A DNA stretch of 64,000 nucleotides from Candidatus Daviesbacteria bacterium (GTDB taxonomy: Bacteria; Patescibacteriota; Microgenomatia; Daviesbacterales; UBA10151). The notes beneath the pieces are model-generated. The model saw nothing but the letters and a program-made list of their open reading frames with translations. It did not search any database and was not told the origin of the DNA. The position numbers and the translations under genes are program-made. The stretch covers positions 228,887 through 292,886 of the forward strand of contig JACPKM010000004.1 of assembly GCA_016187025.1 (NCBI GenBank). The letters run 5' to 3'. The stretch's first letter is position 1, and each line of letters starts with the position of its first letter. Of this stretch, positions 10,204 to 17,799 are shown piece by piece.

Positions 10204-10778
10204 AAATGAAAAAAAACGAAGGTGGTTTCACTCTTGTAGAAGTGTTAATGGCACTTTTAATATTTTCTGTACTATCAGGCTTCCTTCTTTTGATATTCAC
10301 AAATAGTGCAGGTGTGTTTCAAAGCGAATCAATAAAAATTGAGCAGGGGTTAAACGTAAACGATGCTTTGGCCAAAATTAGGGAAAAAGTTAAACTGGCA
10401 AGTTTCGTGTCAGAACAATTCCAGGATGGTGCAGCAACATTTATTTCCGGTAATGAAATTCTAATCCTGGCAGAATCAAGTATTGACTCAAGCGGAAACT
10501 TAATTCAGGATACCTTTGATTATCATGTTTTTACCAAAGAGGGTGATAAGTTATGGTTTAAGTTATTTGCAAATACTCAAAGCAGCAGAAAAAACCAAAA
10601 CCAGTTACTTACAAAAAATGTAGCAAATATTAAATTTGAGTACTTTGATGCAAATAACCTACCGGTTGCCCCTAAGGATTCTGATAAGGTGAAGGTAACT
10701 TTGGCCTTAAACCAAAAAAATGGATTAAACTTATCAACTATTATTGCAACATCAGATGCAACACTGAGAAATAATTAA
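10200..10778 (+). CDS. Pseudopilin
   Basis: NEGG-FTLVEVLMALLIFSVLSG prepilin N-terminus. Confidence 0.6.
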   Translation: MKMKKNEGGFTLVEVLMALLIFSVLSGFLLLIFTNSAGVFQSESIKIEQGLNVNDALAKIREKVKLASFVSEQFQDGAATFISGNEILILAESSIDSSGNLIQDTFDYHVFTKEGDKLWFKLFANTQSSRKNQNQLLTKNVANIKFEYFDANNLPVAPKDSDKVKVTLALNQKNGLNLSTIIATSDATLRNN

Positions 10779-10779
10779 T

Positions 10780-12558
10780 ATGTTTTTTAAACCTAGAAAC
10801 GAGTCCGGTCAGCTTTTTGCAGCGGTTTTGATAATAACTGCTTTTGTTTTGTTTATTACCCTGATAATAATAACTGGCTCTCAGCTTTACTTCCAAAATA
10901 GCAGCTATTCAATTGAGTCAGAAAAAGCTGTAGCTTTAGCTGAGGCAGGAGTTGATAAAGCTATAGCATCTTTGAATATTACAGGAGGAGCCTACAACGG
11001 AGATGAGGAGGTTAATCTGGGGGAAGGTTCTTTTTCTGTTAATGTTGTTTCCCAGGATGCTGCGACAAAGTTGATTGAGGCAATTGGATATGTGCCCGGT
11101 AAACAAAAACCTAAAATAAAAAGAAAGGTTAAAATCAAACTTACAAAAGGGACTGGTATATCATTTATTTACGGTATTCAAGTGGGTGAAGGGGGGATGG
11201 ATTTAGGAAACGATAATGTAGTAGCCGGGTCTGTATATTCCAATGGTAGTATTACTGCCAAAAATAATAATCAGGTTTCAGGTGATATTTGGGTTGCTAG
11301 TGCTCCTCAAGCCACACCAGACCAAACACAAGACTGTGTAGGGGTGAATTGCCAAGACTTCTTATTTGGAAAAAATATCGGAGGTGAGGTCATTTTAGAT
11401 TTAGCCCAAAGTTTTACCCTTTCTCAATCTAATAATCTAAATAGAGTTAAAGTCAAAATGAAAAAAACCGGTAATCCCTCTGATGTGACAGTAAGAATAA
11501 TGGCAGATAAAAACAACAAGCCAGATAAAAATACCGTACTTGCAACCGGAAACTTAAATAGTAATCTGGTAACTTCTGAATATGGTTGGGTAGAAGTAGC
11601 TTTTGATAAAACACCTGCTCTTTTGGCCGGTACAACATACTGGTTAATGGTTGATACCTCTTTAGATAGCAGTAATTACTGGTCATGGCAAAACGATTTG
11701 GCCAGAAGTTATGGTATGGGAACAGCTTATTGGTCTGATGATTGGCAGAAGGGAAATCCAGTTTGGAGTGAGATATCAGGAGATTTGAGTTTTGAAATCA
11801 TTATGGGTGGATCTCCTAATGTAGTCGATTCTGAACAAGTTTTTAGTGTAGGCGGAGATGTCCACGCCAATACTATCAAAAATCTAACAATTCAAGGAAG
11901 TGCCTACTATAAAACTATTATTACCTCTATGGCTTCCAGTTATTTCCCTGATTCCGAGGATCCCTCTCCTAAAACATTTCCTATCTCAGATGCGAATGTT
12001 GAAAGTTGGAAAGCTGAGGCAGAGACAAACGGTACAGTAACAGGAGATATTGACAGTTGTGTTTCTGCCTTGGAATCAAAAAAAATTGTCGGTAATGTAA
12101 TCTTTAATAGTAATTGCTCGGTAACTATTAAAAGTCCAATTTGGATTACAGGAAATCTAACCTTAAATACCAATAATTCTCTCGTTTTATCAAGTGAATA
12201 CGGCACTACCTCAGGTATTATTATTGTTGATGGGGCTATTGAATTGGGAAGCAATAATAGACTAGAGGGAACTGGTCAAGGCAGTAGTTTATTAATGACT
12301 CTTTCAAGTTATGATTCGAGGACCAATGGTATTTCAGCTATCAAGTTAACCAATATTGGAAACAGCGGAGTGTTTTATGCCAGTAAGGGTATTATCGAAC
12401 CTGGAAATAAGAACAAGTTCAAGGAGCTTACTGCTTGGAAAATAAAGCTTCTCAATAACAGCGAGATAAATTATGAAACTGGTTTGTCCAGCACATTGTT
12501 TTCTTCAGGGCCTTCCGGTTCTTTTTCTCTGGTTAAGGGATCATACCAAGTTAAATAA
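10780..12558 (+). CDS. Large (592 aa) PilX-N-like pilus-associated protein, candidate tip/adhesin subunit
   Basis: N-terminal ESGQLFAAVLIITAFVLFITLIIITG then AVALAEAGVDKAIASLN (PilX_N-like). Long beta-rich C-terminal region with no catalytic motifs. Last pilin-like gene before pilM. Confidence 0.5.
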   Translation: MFFKPRNESGQLFAAVLIITAFVLFITLIIITGSQLYFQNSSYSIESEKAVALAEAGVDKAIASLNITGGAYNGDEEVNLGEGSFSVNVVSQDAATKLIEAIGYVPGKQKPKIKRKVKIKLTKGTGISFIYGIQVGEGGMDLGNDNVVAGSVYSNGSITAKNNNQVSGDIWVASAPQATPDQTQDCVGVNCQDFLFGKNIGGEVILDLAQSFTLSQSNNLNRVKVKMKKTGNPSDVTVRIMADKNNKPDKNTVLATGNLNSNLVTSEYGWVEVAFDKTPALLAGTTYWLMVDTSLDSSNYWSWQNDLARSYGMGTAYWSDDWQKGNPVWSEISGDLSFEIIMGGSPNVVDSEQVFSVGGDVHANTIKNLTIQGSAYYKTIITSMASSYFPDSEDPSPKTFPISDANVESWKAEAETNGTVTGDIDSCVSALESKKIVGNVIFNSNCSVTIKSPIWITGNLTLNTNNSLVLSSEYGTTSGIIIVDGAIELGSNNRLEGTGQGSSLLMTLSSYDSRTNGISAIKLTNIGNSGVFYASKGIIEPGNKNKFKELTAWKIKLLNNSEINYETGLSSTLFSSGPSGSFSLVKGSYQVK

Positions 12559-12559
12559 T

Positions 12560-12593
12560 GTACAATTTACAATAAACAATTTACAATAAAGTT
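12560..12593 (+). repeat. Direct repeat (ACAATTTACAATAAA x2) immediately upstream of pilM
   Basis: tgtACAATTTACAATAAAcAATTTACAATAAAgtt read directly in the 35-nt gap before the pilM ATG. Confidence 0.3.
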
Positions 12594-13631
12594 ATGGCAA
12601 AAACTAGTATAGGTTTAGATATAGGTTCCTCAATAATAAGGGTTGTTGAACTTGAAAAAGATAAGGAGAGAGTTAAACTAAGATCTTTGGCCAGTATCGC
12701 TTCCCCTCAACCAGGTATGAATGGAGAGGGTGATGTTGAGTTGGAAGCAGTCGCAAGTACCATTAAAAGTCTTCTTACGGCTGCCAAAATTGAGGGTAAA
12801 GATGTTGTTGTTGCACTGCCTGAGTCCAAAGTGTTCACCCGGGTAATTGATGACTTACCCTATTTAACAGATAAAGAACTTTCCTCCTCTATCACCTATG
12901 CTGCTGAAGAGTTTATTCCTCTGCCCCTGACAGATGTGAACCTAAATTGGCAGATACTTTATAGATCAAACCCTAAAGATAAAAATCCGCGTACTGTGGT
13001 ATTTTTAATTGCTTCACCAAAAACCTTAATTAACAAATATGTTAAGGTTTTAACTTATGCAGGAGTTAGGCCTAAAGCCTTAGAAACAGAAACCATGGGA
13101 GCGACCAGGTCTTTGGTTGGCCCTAATCCTTTTGCTCCTACAACCATAATAATTCAGATAGGTAGTTCAACAACGGATTTAACAATTGTATCCAAAGGGT
13201 TAATTTGGTTAACAAGGTCACTGTCTACCGGAGGTTTAGCTCTAACAAGAGCTATAGCCCAGCATTTTAACTTTGAGATGAGTCAGGCTGAGGAGTATAA
13301 AAAAGTGTATGGGATGTTGGAAGATCAGTTGGATGGCAAGGTATACGAGGTCTTAAAACCTCTAATTGATATTATTGCCCAGGAGAGTAAAAGAGTAATC
13401 CAGGCTTTTGCAGAAAAATACCCCACCAGCCAAATAAAAAGAGTTGTTTTGAGCGGAGGTGGAGCGAAAATGCCTGGAATTGTTATTTACTTTGCCTCAC
13501 TCTTAGGGTTGGAAGTCCAGGAAGCTGATCCCTGGTATACAATCATAAAGGACCAAACTCTTGCTACCAAGCTTTCCCAGGATGCTCCAGCTTATTCAGT
13601 CGCGGTTGGCTTGGCGTTAAGAGAGGAGTGA
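12594..13631 (+). CDS. pilM: Type IV pilus assembly protein PilM (actin-like ATPase fold)
   Basis: N-terminus SIGLDIGSSIIRVVEL (actin/Hsp70-like phosphate-1 motif), ~345 aa, followed by pilN/pilO-like genes. Confidence 0.8.
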   Translation: MAKTSIGLDIGSSIIRVVELEKDKERVKLRSLASIASPQPGMNGEGDVELEAVASTIKSLLTAAKIEGKDVVVALPESKVFTRVIDDLPYLTDKELSSSITYAAEEFIPLPLTDVNLNWQILYRSNPKDKNPRTVVFLIASPKTLINKYVKVLTYAGVRPKALETETMGATRSLVGPNPFAPTTIIIQIGSSTTDLTIVSKGLIWLTRSLSTGGLALTRAIAQHFNFEMSQAEEYKKVYGMLEDQLDGKVYEVLKPLIDIIAQESKRVIQAFAEKYPTSQIKRVVLSGGGAKMPGIVIYFASLLGLEVQEADPWYTIIKDQTLATKLSQDAPAYSVAVGLALREE

Positions 13632-13635
13632 AATT

Positions 13636-14187
13636 ATGCAAAAATTTGCCATATCTATAAACTTGCTTCCTGAAGAATTTATCAAACAGCAGATAAAAAC
13701 GAAGAAATTTTACCAGATTCAGCTAATTGGAACGGTCGTCCTGCTGACCTTCATATTTTTATCCTCTTTCACTACGGCTTTAACTATTTTGCAAAACCAA
13801 AAACTAAAGCGGGTTCAAACAGAGGTATCTGCTGCCCAAACAACAGTTACCAGTTTTGGCAAGACAGAACTGGATCTATTACTACTAAAGAACCGTTTAC
13901 AAGTTGTTAACCAGCTCATAGAGGTTCCTTCAAAGCAGAGGGAGATTTATGAAAAATTATATAAATCCTTACCTCCTTCTATTGTAGTAAGCTCATTTAG
14001 TGTTGATAGTACGGGTAACGTATTAACATCACTTGTCAGTACCGATATTAAGATTTTAGATGATTTTATAAATAAACTTACAAGCGAAAATGAGCAATAT
14101 AAATTTGTCAAAGAAGTAAAAATTGAGACTCTAAACAGAGGAAGAGACGGAGCTTTTAGATCTACCATAAGAATCAATAACCAATAA
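13636..14187 (+). CDS. pilN: PilN-like pilus assembly protein
   Basis: INLLP motif near N-terminus (ISINLLPEEF) followed by single TM helix. Position after pilM. Confidence 0.6.
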   Translation: MQKFAISINLLPEEFIKQQIKTKKFYQIQLIGTVVLLTFIFLSSFTTALTILQNQKLKRVQTEVSAAQTTVTSFGKTELDLLLLKNRLQVVNQLIEVPSKQREIYEKLYKSLPPSIVVSSFSVDSTGNVLTSLVSTDIKILDDFINKLTSENEQYKFVKEVKIETLNRGRDGAFRSTIRINNQ

Positions 14188-14190
14188 TGT

Positions 14191-14886
14191 ATGCAACAGA
14201 AATCTCTCTTAGCTTTATACACAAAATATAAATTATATATTTACCCGGTACTTATAGTTTTGGCTTGCCTGATACTAACTTTTACAGTCATTCTTTCGCA
14301 GGTGACAAAGTTTTTAACAAATAGTAAAACCGAATCAGAACTGGTAAATAAGTTAAAAAATATGGAAGTGAAAGCAGATGAACTTGAACAGCTGAGTAAT
14401 AGAGACTTGTCTAAAGATGTTAATGTGGCTTTGTTTGCTTACCCAAGTGAAAAAGATTACGGGCAAGTTATTGGCCTGGTGCAGAGAATTACGGCACAAT
14501 CAGGATTTAATATTAGTAATTTTCAGTTTAATGATATTTCTGAAGCAGCACAATTTGGATCAGCCTATGGAATTAAGTTAGAGGTTTTAGGAGCCAAAGA
14601 CAGGCTTAGCGAGCTGATTGAAAAGCTGGAGGCTCCGCCAAGATTACTCAAGGTAAGAACTTTAGGTATAAACTCGGGAGCAGATAATACTATAGTTACA
14701 GCTGTAATCTCTTTGCATGCTTATTACTCTGACTTATCGAAAAATGCGAAAGTCCTTCCTGATCAGCCGCTATCTAAGCTTTCTGATACAGATGAGGGTG
14801 TTTTGCGTGAACTGTCGAGATATGATGTTTTGAGTGGGTCTTCCAATTTATATAAACCTCATGGTAAAGTAAACCCATTTGAGTAA
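14191..14886 (+). CDS. PilO-like pilus assembly protein
   Basis: Single N-terminal TM helix, coiled-coil region, size and position after pilN. No strong motif. Confidence 0.45.
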   Translation: MQQKSLLALYTKYKLYIYPVLIVLACLILTFTVILSQVTKFLTNSKTESELVNKLKNMEVKADELEQLSNRDLSKDVNVALFAYPSEKDYGQVIGLVQRITAQSGFNISNFQFNDISEAAQFGSAYGIKLEVLGAKDRLSELIEKLEAPPRLLKVRTLGINSGADNTIVTAVISLHAYYSDLSKNAKVLPDQPLSKLSDTDEGVLRELSRYDVLSGSSNLYKPHGKVNPFE

Positions 14887-14889
14887 AGT

Positions 14890-15579
14890 TTAAGTTTTTT
14901 GCACTAAATCAGGGCGTACTTTTTCCGTTTTTTCAATAGATTTTTTACCTCTCCACTCTTTTATCAGTTTATGATCACCTGAGAGTAAAATAGAGGGAAC
15001 TGCTAAACCTTCAAAGTTTTCCGGCCGGGTATATTGTGGATGCTCCAACGTGTTGTCAGTGAAAGATTCATTGATTGTTGCTTCCTCTTTTTCTAAAACA
15101 CCGGGTATAAGTCTTGTGACTGAATCAACTATTACAAGAGCAGGAATCTCCCCTCCGGTTAAAACATAATCACCAATGGTAATTTCCTCATCAACGTAGT
15201 TATCAATAAACCTTTGGTCAACTCCCTCATAGTGACCACAAACTATGATGAGATGATCTAACTCTGAAAATTCTTTAGCTTTAGATTGTTTATACGGAAT
15301 GCCGGAAGCAGACATTAAAACAGTTTTTAGTTCGTAGTTTTTAGTTCGTAGTTTGAGAAGCGGTTTTACAGCTTTAGCTAAGATGTCTGCACGGAAAACC
15401 ATACCTGCTCCCCCACCATATGGCCGGTCATCAACTACCTTATGCTTACCTTCACCAAAATCCCGCAAATTAACAAGATCAAAAACTACTTTGCCTTTTT
15501 GCTGAGCTCTTTTGAGAATACTGCTGTTTAAGAATGGTTCAATGCTTTCTGGAAAAAGGGTGATTATGGAAATCTTCAT
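14890..15579 (-). CDS. trmD: tRNA (guanine37-N1)-methyltransferase TrmD
   Basis: MKISIITLFPE...RPYGGGAGMV signature of TrmD (SPOUT fold). Stop is 3 nt from the convergent pilO stop. Confidence 0.9.
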   Translation of the reverse strand: MKISIITLFPESIEPFLNSSILKRAQQKGKVVFDLVNLRDFGEGKHKVVDDRPYGGGAGMVFRADILAKAVKPLLKLRTKNYELKTVLMSASGIPYKQSKAKEFSELDHLIIVCGHYEGVDQRFIDNYVDEEITIGDYVLTGGEIPALVIVDSVTRLIPGVLEKEEATINESFTDNTLEHPQYTRPENFEGLAVPSILLSGDHKLIKEWRGKKSIEKTEKVRPDLVQKT

Positions 15580-15612
15580 GTTAAGTAACTCGTAACTTGT
15601 GACAAGTAAATT

Positions 15613-15885
15613 CTAACTTGTTACTTGTGCCTTGTCACCTGTTACCCCAGTAGCTGGTTCAACAAGTTGCAGATTAACCCTGACATTTTCTGCAATAGCC
15701 CGGACTGTTAGGAGTTTTCTTATTGCTTTAATAGTTTGTCCTTTTTTGCCAATAATAATTCCCATATCTTCCGGAGCAACAGTCAAGGTCAAATTAACAT
15801 CTCCTTCATCGGTTTGCTCACCAATTTCGACTGCGTCTGGCTTTGTCACGAGGCTTGTAACGATGTAGCTTAAAAGATCTTTCAT
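15613..15885 (-). CDS. KH-domain RNA-binding protein (YlqC-like)
   Basis: GIIIGKKGQTIKAIRKLL KH motif. Sits between rpsP and trmD as in the rpsP-ylqC-(rimM)-trmD cluster. Confidence 0.7.
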   Translation of the reverse strand: MKDLLSYIVTSLVTKPDAVEIGEQTDEGDVNLTLTVAPEDMGIIIGKKGQTIKAIRKLLTVRAIAENVRVNLQLVEPATGVTGDKAQVTS

Positions 15886-16229
15886 TCCGTAACTTCCTTT
15901 TTCTCAGATTCAACAGCAATTTCTGGTTGTGGTTGAGGAGTTGCCTGGGATTCTACTGGAGCGCTTTTTGCTTTTTTAGGTTTTCCCGGTGCTCTTTGAG
16001 GAGCTTTGCCAATGATTCTTAAAAACCCAACTGATAGTTGAGCGCCATTTTTTACCCAGTGGTCGATTCTGTCTTGATTTAGTTTAACCTCTTTTGGTTG
16101 GGTCAGGGGGTTATAAGTGCCGAGAGATTCGATATAACCACCGGTTCTTTTAGAACGTTCATCAACCGCCACCACGCGGTAAAATGGCCTTTTTCTTGAA
16201 CCTATTCTCATCAGTCTTACTTTAAGCAT
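15882..16229 (-). CDS. rpsP: 30S ribosomal protein S16 with Lys/Pro-rich C-terminal extension
   Basis: MLKVRLMRIGSRKRPFYRVVAVDERSKRTGGYIESLGTYNP. Start taken at internal Met (ORF extends to 16265). C-terminal tail APGKPKKAKSAPVESQATPQPQPE. Confidence 0.85.
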   Translation of the reverse strand: MLKVRLMRIGSRKRPFYRVVAVDERSKRTGGYIESLGTYNPLTQPKEVKLNQDRIDHWVKNGAQLSVGFLRIIGKAPQRAPGKPKKAKSAPVESQATPQPQPEIAVESEKKEVTE

Positions 16230-16277
16230 GGAATGAATTTTAACAATTACTGCACCAAATGGCAATCCCTGATTAAT

Positions 16278-16973
16278 TTATGGGGTGGTGAGGACTTTTA
16301 AGGCATTTGCTGCTGCGTTTTCTTCAGCTTCCTGTTTATTGCTGCCTTTACCTTTGCTGATGTTTTTGCCTGATATAAATACCCCGACTGTAAACTCTTT
16401 TGCATGGTCCGGGCCCTCAGTTGTTATGACCCGGTATTGAGGAGATTCCTTAAGTTTCTCCTGAACAACTTCTTGGAGTTGGCTTTTGGCATCTTTTGGA
16501 GGCCCAAAATGAATCTCTTTTTCAAACAGCGGAAGAAGGGTTTTTTCTATAAAGCTTTTGGCTGCCTCTAAACCTTTATCAATAAAAATGGTACCGATTA
16601 ATGCTTCATAGGTGTTGGCAAGAAGTTGTGGGTTTTCCCTTCCACCTGAGGCATCCTCCCCTTTGGACAAAAACAAATACTCACCCAAACCAAGCTGCTG
16701 GGCTGCCTTTGCCAAAGAAGGTGTTTTTACAATATATGACCTAAGGTTTGTTAAATCCCCTTCTGTATCGTCTGGTCTTTTGACATACAAAATATTTGAA
16801 ATCACAAAGGACAAGATAGTGTCACCTAAAAACTCCAATCTCTCATTTGACTGGATTTTTATTTTGGTCTCATTTAAGTAAGACCTGTGTATAAATGCTT
16901 GTTTTAGGAGATTTGAATCATCAAACTTGAGACCCAAACTTACCAAAAGTTTGTTAAACTTACCTTCACCCAT
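16278..16973 (-). CDS. rnc: Ribonuclease III
   Basis: FIHRSY...NERLEFLGDTILSFVIS RNase III signature box plus C-terminal dsRBD-like region. Confidence 0.9.
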   Translation of the reverse strand: MGEGKFNKLLVSLGLKFDDSNLLKQAFIHRSYLNETKIKIQSNERLEFLGDTILSFVISNILYVKRPDDTEGDLTNLRSYIVKTPSLAKAAQQLGLGEYLFLSKGEDASGGRENPQLLANTYEALIGTIFIDKGLEAAKSFIEKTLLPLFEKEIHFGPPKDAKSQLQEVVQEKLKESPQYRVITTEGPDHAKEFTVGVFISGKNISKGKGSNKQEAEENAAANALKVLTTP

Positions 16974-16977
16974 AAAC

Positions 16978-17214
16978 TTATTCTAAAGAGTTATCTTCTA
17001 CAAGCACCAAAAGATCTTCTAACTTCTGCAAGTTTTCAACATCTTCAGGCTCAAAAGTGATGTTGTATTTTTGAGATAACTCATGCAAAAGATCATTTAA
17101 CTCAATTGGTCCTAACCCGAGATCTTCTCTTAACAGACTTTGTTTATCAAGATCTTCGGCAGATAACCCTAAATGTTCTGCTATTGTTTCCAAGATTTCT
17201 CTATTTGTTGGCAT
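16978..17214 (-). CDS. Acyl-carrier-protein-like protein lacking the phosphopantetheine Ser
   Basis: 78 aa, acidic, 4-helix ACP-like spacing. Region EDLGLGPIELNDLL aligns to ACP EDLGADSLDTVELV, with the DSL Ser replaced by Pro. Sits directly upstream of rnc as acpP often does. Confidence 0.5.
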   Translation of the reverse strand: MPTNREILETIAEHLGLSAEDLDKQSLLREDLGLGPIELNDLLHELSQKYNITFEPEDVENLQKLEDLLVLVEDNSLE

Positions 17215-17230
17215 ATAGACACCTCCTTAA

Positions 17231-17593
17231 TTATATGATTTTTTCTGATTCTATTAACTTTCCCAAGACTCCATTAATAAAACCCGGGCTTGACTGGGCT
17301 CCAAACTCTTTGGCCAATTCAATTGCTTCATCTACGACCACTTTTGGTGGTGTGCCCTTCTTAATTATTAACTCAAAAATTGCTAAACGCAAGATAGCTA
17401 AATCAACCCGGTTGATTTGTTCTACAGGCCTATCTGGAGCCGATTGGGCTATAAGTTTATCAATCTTTTTTAAATTGTCAACTATAGGTTTAGATTTGCT
17501 AGACACAGTATTTACGTTGCTAAAATTCCAGGAAAAAAGCTCTTGCATCAGCCGGATACGTTTGATGTGTCTTGGGTCTGATTTGGTTTTCAT
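17231..17593 (-). CDS. nusB: Transcription antitermination factor NusB-like
   Basis: DPRHIKRIRLMQELF N-terminus and size (~120 aa) consistent with NusB. Confidence 0.65.
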   Translation of the reverse strand: MKTKSDPRHIKRIRLMQELFSWNFSNVNTVSSKSKPIVDNLKKIDKLIAQSAPDRPVEQINRVDLAILRLAIFELIIKKGTPPKVVVDEAIELAKEFGAQSSPGFINGVLGKLIESEKII

Positions 17594-17790
17594 TAAACCT
17601 TTGTTACTTTGACGGCTCCAGAGGAAACTTGTTTGTCACCATAAAAACCACACTCTTTACAAACAATGTGTGGAAGAGTTGGCTTGCCGCAATTCTTGCA
17701 TACAACCAAACTTGCTTGCTTTAACATTATTGAAGCACGTCTTGTTCTTTTCCGTGCTTTAGAGTGTCTACGCTTCGGTTCCTGAGACAT
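17593..17790 (-). CDS. rpmF: 50S ribosomal protein L32
   Basis: KRRHSKARKRTRRA...CKNCGK...CKECGFY zinc-ribbon L32 signature. Confidence 0.85.
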   Translation of the reverse strand: MSQEPKRRHSKARKRTRRASIMLKQASLVVCKNCGKPTLPHIVCKECGFYGDKQVSSGAVKVTKV

Positions 17791-17799
17791 AAAAATTTA

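Noticed and set aside
15331-15365. Tandem 14-nt repeat GTTTTTAGTTCGTA x2 inside trmD
   Set aside because: Lies within an intact reading frame (encodes LKLRTKNYELKTV). Most likely just a short duplication-like sequence feature with no evidence of function.
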